Under the pieces are notes generated by a model. The model searched no databases, was not told where the DNA came from, and worked only from the letters and a program-made list of their open reading frames with translations. From contig PFBI01000004.1 in the NCBI GenBank assembly GCA_002773395.1, positions 78,615 to 134,442 of the forward strand: a stretch of 55,828 nt of DNA, read 5' to 3'. Every line of letters starts with the position of its first letter. Positions within the stretch are counted from its first letter, which is position 1. Shown here piece by piece: positions 52,374 to 55,828 of the stretch. Origin of the DNA: Candidatus Kaiserbacteria bacterium CG10_big_fil_rev_8_21_14_0_10_47_16. GTDB taxonomy: Bacteria > Patescibacteriota > Minisyncoccia > Phycocordibacterales > UBA918. A program made the position numbers and the translations under genes.

Positions 52374-53225
52374 TTAACCCTCTTCGGAATAAGGCTTTAT
52401 TTCATCATCAAAAATATCAAATCCAGAAGGCAATCTTCTTTTTAAAATAGAGGCTGCCAACGTCCAATACATCAAAGTCATAATTAAAAATAAAATATAT
52501 TTTATAAAAACAGGAGTTTCCAAGCCACTTTTAGGTATAAATTCTGTAACTAAAACAAAAAAAGGTGTGATTATCAGAAAAATTCCTAAGATTTTTATTC
52601 TACTCCTCCTTTTTATCTTTTTAAAATAATCTGAAATAGAAGGAATTCTGTTTGCAATTGGATCACCTATTTTTCTCACAGAACCGAAACCTTTTATGTC
52701 ACCCGTAATTTTAATATTATCACCAGAATCACCAGTATGAGAAAATTGAATTATTATACCTTCATTCTTGTCAAAATAATCAAATTTTATTTCTAATTCA
52801 TTTTGTAAATGTTTACCTGGGTCATCAGGATTAACAACAGGAACAATATTAAAACCATTAGATTCATTACTTTTATGGATTATCTCAAAAGCAAGAAAAT
52901 TAGAACCATTAACGCACTTAACTTTCATAGGATTGCTCTTTGCAACATCATCGTAATTTATTGTTTCACTTCCGGAATTCCAAAGTGCCACCCTAGCAAT
53001 AGAGAGATTTTCAACTTTTGAGCCCAGGTAGCTTATATCTAAATCATTTATTCCACCTACAGCATTCTTAATTAAGTTAGTGCTTCTAACAGCATAAAGT
53101 GGCTTTCTGTTTTTTATACTTTTTCTATAAAAAACAAAAGTTAAGATAAAACCAATAATTGTCAAAAATACAAATATGTAATCTGTTGGAGTAATATTAT
53201 TTATAATTTCTTTAATTTTTTCCAT
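52374..53225 (-). CDS. Hypothetical membrane protein, 283 aa, very AT-rich
   Basis: One N-terminal and two C-terminal TM helices flank a beta-rich middle domain. Two sampled lines give about 25-27% GC. No family was recognised. Confidence 0.6.
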   Translation of the reverse strand: MEKIKEIINNITPTDYIFVFLTIIGFILTFVFYRKSIKNRKPLYAVRSTNLIKNAVGGINDLDISYLGSKVENLSIARVALWNSGSETINYDDVAKSNPMKVKCVNGSNFLAFEIIHKSNESNGFNIVPVVNPDDPGKHLQNELEIKFDYFDKNEGIIIQFSHTGDSGDNIKITGDIKGFGSVRKIGDPIANRIPSISDYFKKIKRRSRIKILGIFLIITPFFVLVTEFIPKSGLETPVFIKYILFLIMTLMYWTLAASILKRRLPSGFDIFDDEIKPYSEEG

Positions 53226-53267
53226 GAAATAATTCTAACACCTCGTACTCCGAACCTATCTCAAACT

Positions 53268-53286
53268 TGCTGCCCGACAGGGACTC
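53268..53286 (-). repeat. Truncated tRNA-Gln 3'-end copy 1 (19 nt)
   Basis: GCTGCCCGACAGGGACTCG is identical to 53438-53456. Confidence 0.9.
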
Positions 53287-53436
53287 GGTCACGAGTTACT
53301 AACTCACTCCGTTCATAAGTACTCTCGACCCCGACGGGTAAAACAGTCCACCGGACTGTTTTCTTCCGTCTTTCTCGTTCCTGTCTCGGCGCTACGACAC
53401 GTAAAAAGACTTGCAGAAGCAAGTCTTTTTACGTGT
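53287..53436. repeat. Copy D of the dispersed non-coding element, lying exactly between a tRNA-Gln 3' fragment and the intact tRNA-Gln
   Basis: GTCACGAGTTACTAAC, CTCACTCCGTTCATAAGTACTCTCGACCCCGACGG, the hairpin AAAACAGTCC-ACC-GGACTGTTTT and the hairpin A5-GACTTGC-AGAA-GCAAGTC-T5 are followed by ACGTGT. Confidence 0.75.
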
Positions 53437-53438
53437 AG

Positions 53439-53509
53439 CTGCCCGACAGGGACTCGAACCCCAATTACTTGGACCAAAACCAAGCGTCCTACCATTAGAC
53501 GATCGGGCA
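53439..53509 (-). tRNA. tRNA-Gln (anticodon UUG)
   Basis: Hand-folded 71-nt cloverleaf: acceptor TGCCCGA/TCGGGCA with the bacterial Gln U1:A72 pair, G73 discriminator, D stem GTCT/GGAC, anticodon arm CTTGG-TTTTGGT-CCAAG, T arm TGGGG-TTCGAGT-CCCTG. Confidence 0.9.
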
Positions 53510-53633
53510 ATATTCTTTTGTGTTCTTGCCCATGTTTTTGAGTGTAACCAAAATCGATCGGGCAAGATCATCTACTCGACGCTCTTTCAAGCGGAGTGCA
53601 CCTATAGTGCCGAAAAAACAGTACTAAATCAAG

Positions 53634-54110
53634 TCACTTCATGGGTACGGTGTGTTTTGCTATATATCTCACCCATACCAGTGCCCACAGTGCCCCAACT
53701 GCATAGCCGCCAAGTACCTGCAGTGGTGTATGGACATGAAGGTATAAGCGACTCCAACCAATCGCAAGAACAAGTGCAGCAAGGACGATGTAGAGTGTGT
53801 AGCGAACAGGCTTTGAGTACGTCCGTGAAAGATATGCTCCTGTAACTCCAAGAAACATAACTCCCGCTGCGTGTCCGCTGGGGAACGCGTAGCTCGTAAG
53901 CGTGATGAGCGCGTCGGCTGGTCGCGCAACCGCAAAAAGATTTTTAAGAATCACCACGGAGAGTGCGAGTCCAAGGTAGCTGCCAAAAAATATGCCTGCA
54001 CTATACCGTCCGTATTTGAGTAGAAGATAGAGCGTGATGAGAATCGCGAGTATGGCAAATGACTCAGTGCTGGCGAGTGTCGTAAAAAAGAAAAGAAATG
54101 TTTGACTCAT
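53634..54110 (-). CDS. PAP2 family phosphatase (undecaprenyl-diphosphatase-like)
   Basis: 158-aa ORF with the PAP2 motifs KNLFAVARP, PSGHAAG and SRLYLHVHTPLQVLGG. Confidence 0.8.
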   Translation of the reverse strand: MSQTFLFFFTTLASTESFAILAILITLYLLLKYGRYSAGIFFGSYLGLALSVVILKNLFAVARPADALITLTSYAFPSGHAAGVMFLGVTGAYLSRTYSKPVRYTLYIVLAALVLAIGWSRLYLHVHTPLQVLGGYAVGALWALVWVRYIAKHTVPMK

Positions 54111-54179
54111 ACGAGTATTCTAGCAGGCCAACGCGCCACTTGGTATACTGAAGTTCTATTTCATTCTAACTATCAACAT

Positions 54180-54497
54180 ATGATTTTAACAACAACTGAA
54201 CACATTACCGGAAAAGACGTTACTGAAATGCTTGGCGTGGTGCGCGGAAGTACGATTCGTGCAAAACATATTGGAAAAGATATCCTTGCAGGCCTCCGTT
54301 CGATTATTGGCGGAGAAATCAAAGAGTATGTTGAGGCAATTAATGACGCACGTGAAGAAGCAATGCAGCGTATGATTACAGAAGCCGAAGGACTCGGTGC
54401 TGATGCGGTTATTAATATTCGGTTTACCACGTCACAGGTGATGGCAGGGGCTGCGGAGCTGATGGTGTACGGCACTGCAGTAAAGCTCAAGAACTAA
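54180..54497 (+). CDS. YbjQ/UPF0145 family protein
   Basis: 105-aa ORF from MILTTTEHITGKDV, with GGEIKEY...EAEGLGADAVINIRF. The upstream 26 codons of the track ORF overlap the PAP2 gene. Confidence 0.8.
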   Translation: MILTTTEHITGKDVTEMLGVVRGSTIRAKHIGKDILAGLRSIIGGEIKEYVEAINDAREEAMQRMITEAEGLGADAVINIRFTTSQVMAGAAELMVYGTAVKLKN

Positions 54498-54559
54498 TAT
54501 TTAGAGCCTTTTTATCAACATGACGTCGATAAATAAGGCAAAAAATTTTGTATAATATA

Positions 54560-54589
54560 CGTTGTAATTAAAGGTTTTTAATTACAACG
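54560..54589 (+). promoter_or_regulatory. 13-bp perfect inverted repeat CGTTGTAATTAAA-GGTT-TTTAATTACAACG between a TATAAT (54551-54556) and the start of the large surface-protein gene
   Basis: Arms checked base by base. It would form the extreme 5' end of the mRNA or act as an operator. Confidence 0.6.
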
Positions 54590-54598
54590 CGCTTCATT

Positions 54599-55828
54599 AT
54601 GTCTAGCGGTTCTCCTAAATCAAAAAAGGGTGTTTATGTGCGTGTCTACGTTCTGGTTTTTTTAATACTTTTCTCTCCACTCCTTTCGTTCGCTGCAGCC
54701 CGCTCTACACCGTTTGGTATTGGAGAAACGCTCGATCCGGGGGCTGACGGTGAACCATGTGGTCCAACTGATTCAAACTGTTTCCCCTCCATTCTTTCTA
54801 CGGCAGATGAAGGGTCGAACCTTTCTTCAAACGTACTTCACCTCAACTTTGTGGGAACTGGTGTCACGGCGACACATTCAGGCGCGACAACGACGGTGAC
54901 GATTGCTGGAGGGTCGTCCCTCACGGGAACAGCGGGCCAGACACTTTATTTTTCTGCGGCAGATACACCAACGGCAACCTCAACACTCTTTGTTGCAAGT
55001 ACTGGGAGGGTTGGTATTGGTACCACTACCCCAGGCTCACTTTTTTCGGTAAGTGGCATCACTAATTTCACTACTGCAACTTCAACCTTCTACGGTACGG
55101 GAGGAATTAATCTCTCGGGAGGATGTTTTGCGGTAAATGGTTCATGTGTAGGAAGTGGTGGAACCACATACACCGGCACGTACCCTGTGCAAGTGTCAGG
55201 ATCGATTATCTCCTTGGCTTTTGGGACAACAACTGCTAACACATGGTCTGCACTTCAGCAGTTCAATGCAGGTGCATCAACAACACAACTCACCACAACG
55301 GGCAGTACCTATCTAGCAACTAACGGCGGCAATGTCGGCATCGGCACCACTTCTCCATACGCGAAGCTCTCAGTGGCGGGTACTGTTGTGGGAGACAACT
55401 TCAACGCCACGTCTACCACCGCAACCTCAACCTTCGCTGGCGGCTTCTCCGCAGCATCATCCCTTTATGTCCTTCAGAATGGAAAGGTAGGCATTGGGAC
55501 AGAAACTCCAGGTACAAATGCAGACTACTGGTTTGAAGTGAAACCGGGATCAACCATACAAGCAGTCATCGGACGTACTGCGCTCGGCGGATGGTACGGT
55601 AATACAGGATACGGGTCTATTGGATACAAGGGAGCAAATTACAACACGAACTTCGCACTGCGGTACAGTGCCACCGACACGCACCTCAATGCAGAGAGTG
55701 GACCGATCTATTTTAGTCATGCAAACGTGGAGCAGGCCGTTTTAACCGCAGCAGGTAATTTCGGTATCGGCACGACATCACCATACGCAAAACTCTCAGT
55801 GGCAGGACAAGTAGTAGGTGCATATTTC
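54599..55828 (+). CDS. Large secreted repeat protein, N-terminal 410 codons (continues beyond the window)
   Basis: Own translation gives MSSGSPKSKKGVYVRVYVLVFLILFSPLLSFAAARSTPFG... It is Gly/Thr/Ser-rich with a recurring G(N/R/K)(V/F)GIGT(T/E)(T/S)P..KL.V.G motif at about 55010, 55330, 55485 and 55755. It is missing from the track because no stop lies in the window. Confidence 0.8.
   Translation, partial: MSSGSPKSKKGVYVRVYVLVFLILFSPLLSFAAARSTPFGIGETLDPGADGEPCGPTDSNCFPSILSTADEGSNLSSNVLHLNFVGTGVTATHSGATTTVTIAGGSSLTGTAGQTLYFSAADTPTATSTLFVASTGRVGIGTTTPGSLFSVSGITNFTTATSTFYGTGGINLSGGCFAVNGSCVGSGGTTYTGTYPVQVSGSIISLAFGTTTANTWSALQQFNAGASTTQLTTTGSTYLATNGGNVGIGTTSPYAKLSVAGTVVGDNFNATSTTATSTFAGGFSAASSLYVLQNGKVGIGTETPGTNADYWFEVKPGSTIQAVIGRTALGGWYGNTGYGSIGYKGANYNTNFALRYSATDTHLNAESGPIYFSHANVEQAVLTAAGNFGIGTTSPYAKLSVAGQVVGAYF

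Larger units (their letters stand above)
51137..53438. mobile_element. Array of cassette-like islets downstream of tRNA-Gln, delimited by truncated direct copies of the tRNA 3' end
   Basis: AGCTGCCCGACAGGGAC(TCGAA) occurs at 51137-51153 (17 nt), 52107-52128 (22 nt) and 53268-53286 (19 nt), and in the intact gene from 53437. All copies are in the same orientation. No recombinase gene lies inside. Confidence 0.55.

Noticed and set aside
52042-53845. Track ORFs 52042..52299(-), 52046..52321(+), 52149..52445(+), 53313..53510(-) and 53411..53845(+)
   Set aside because: They run through the repeat elements, the tRNA-Gln fragments or the tRNA-Gln gene itself. The shared peptide NSPVDCF merely reflects the repeated hairpin AAAACAGTCCAC(C/T)GGACT.
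1-55828. CRISPR arrays, rRNA genes, integrases, transposases and IS elements
   Set aside because: I scanned the intergenic regions and the ORF translations. I found no regularly spaced direct repeats, no rRNA-like segments, and no DDE, tyrosine-recombinase or serine-recombinase motifs that I could recognise.

Overview
This 55.8-kb window comes from a streamlined bacterial genome with tightly packed genes. About 90% of the genes are on the minus strand. Gene content looks like Patescibacteria/CPR (Parcubacteria-like), but that is my inference, not a search result. Supporting features are a short AlaRS, an archaeal-type AspRS, a deoxyhypusine-synthase homologue, Wzy+TPR membrane proteins and many small secreted or membrane hypotheticals.

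Housekeeping blocks:
- pepA-aspS-trpS
- a polyamine pair, pyruvoyl arginine decarboxylase plus a DHS-like gene
- grpE-dnaK-dnaJ behind a consensus sigma70 promoter
- infA-rpmJ-rpsM-rpsK-rpsD-rpoA-rplQ-rplM-rpsI
- alaS, lepA and murJ
- RNase P RNA, which is not in the ORF track
- a zur-ZIP-YibE/F metal cluster
- small repair and detoxification genes (mpg, GFA, VOC, YceI, dgkA, PAP2)

Three tRNAs are present: Arg-CCU (+), Ala-UGC (-) and Gln-UUG (-). I found no rRNA, no CRISPR array, and no recognisable integrase or transposase.

The unusual content is mostly non-coding and linked to tRNAs:
1. The tRNA-Arg(CCU) gene is clamped by a perfect 16-bp inverted repeat and nested between the two halves of a second tRNA-Arg-like gene.
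2. Downstream of tRNA-Gln lie three truncated direct copies of its 3' end (17-22 nt). They partition about 2.3 kb into cassette-like islets with AT-rich or orphan cargo.
3. A family of at least four related 140-210-bp non-coding elements is present. Each ends in a bidirectional hairpin plus a TTAACG-type motif. One is bounded by a perfect 21-bp direct repeat, and two abut tRNA 3'-end sequences.
4. A compositionally foreign islet of about 2.2-3.7 kb lies beside tRNA-Ala.

Other items worth a look are an AT-rich two-gene module with an RX4H motif next to a NUDIX gene, a SET-domain gene coupled to an orphan histidine kinase, and a diderm-style beta-barrel-like protein. All functional calls rest on motifs read by eye from the translations. 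No database search was run.
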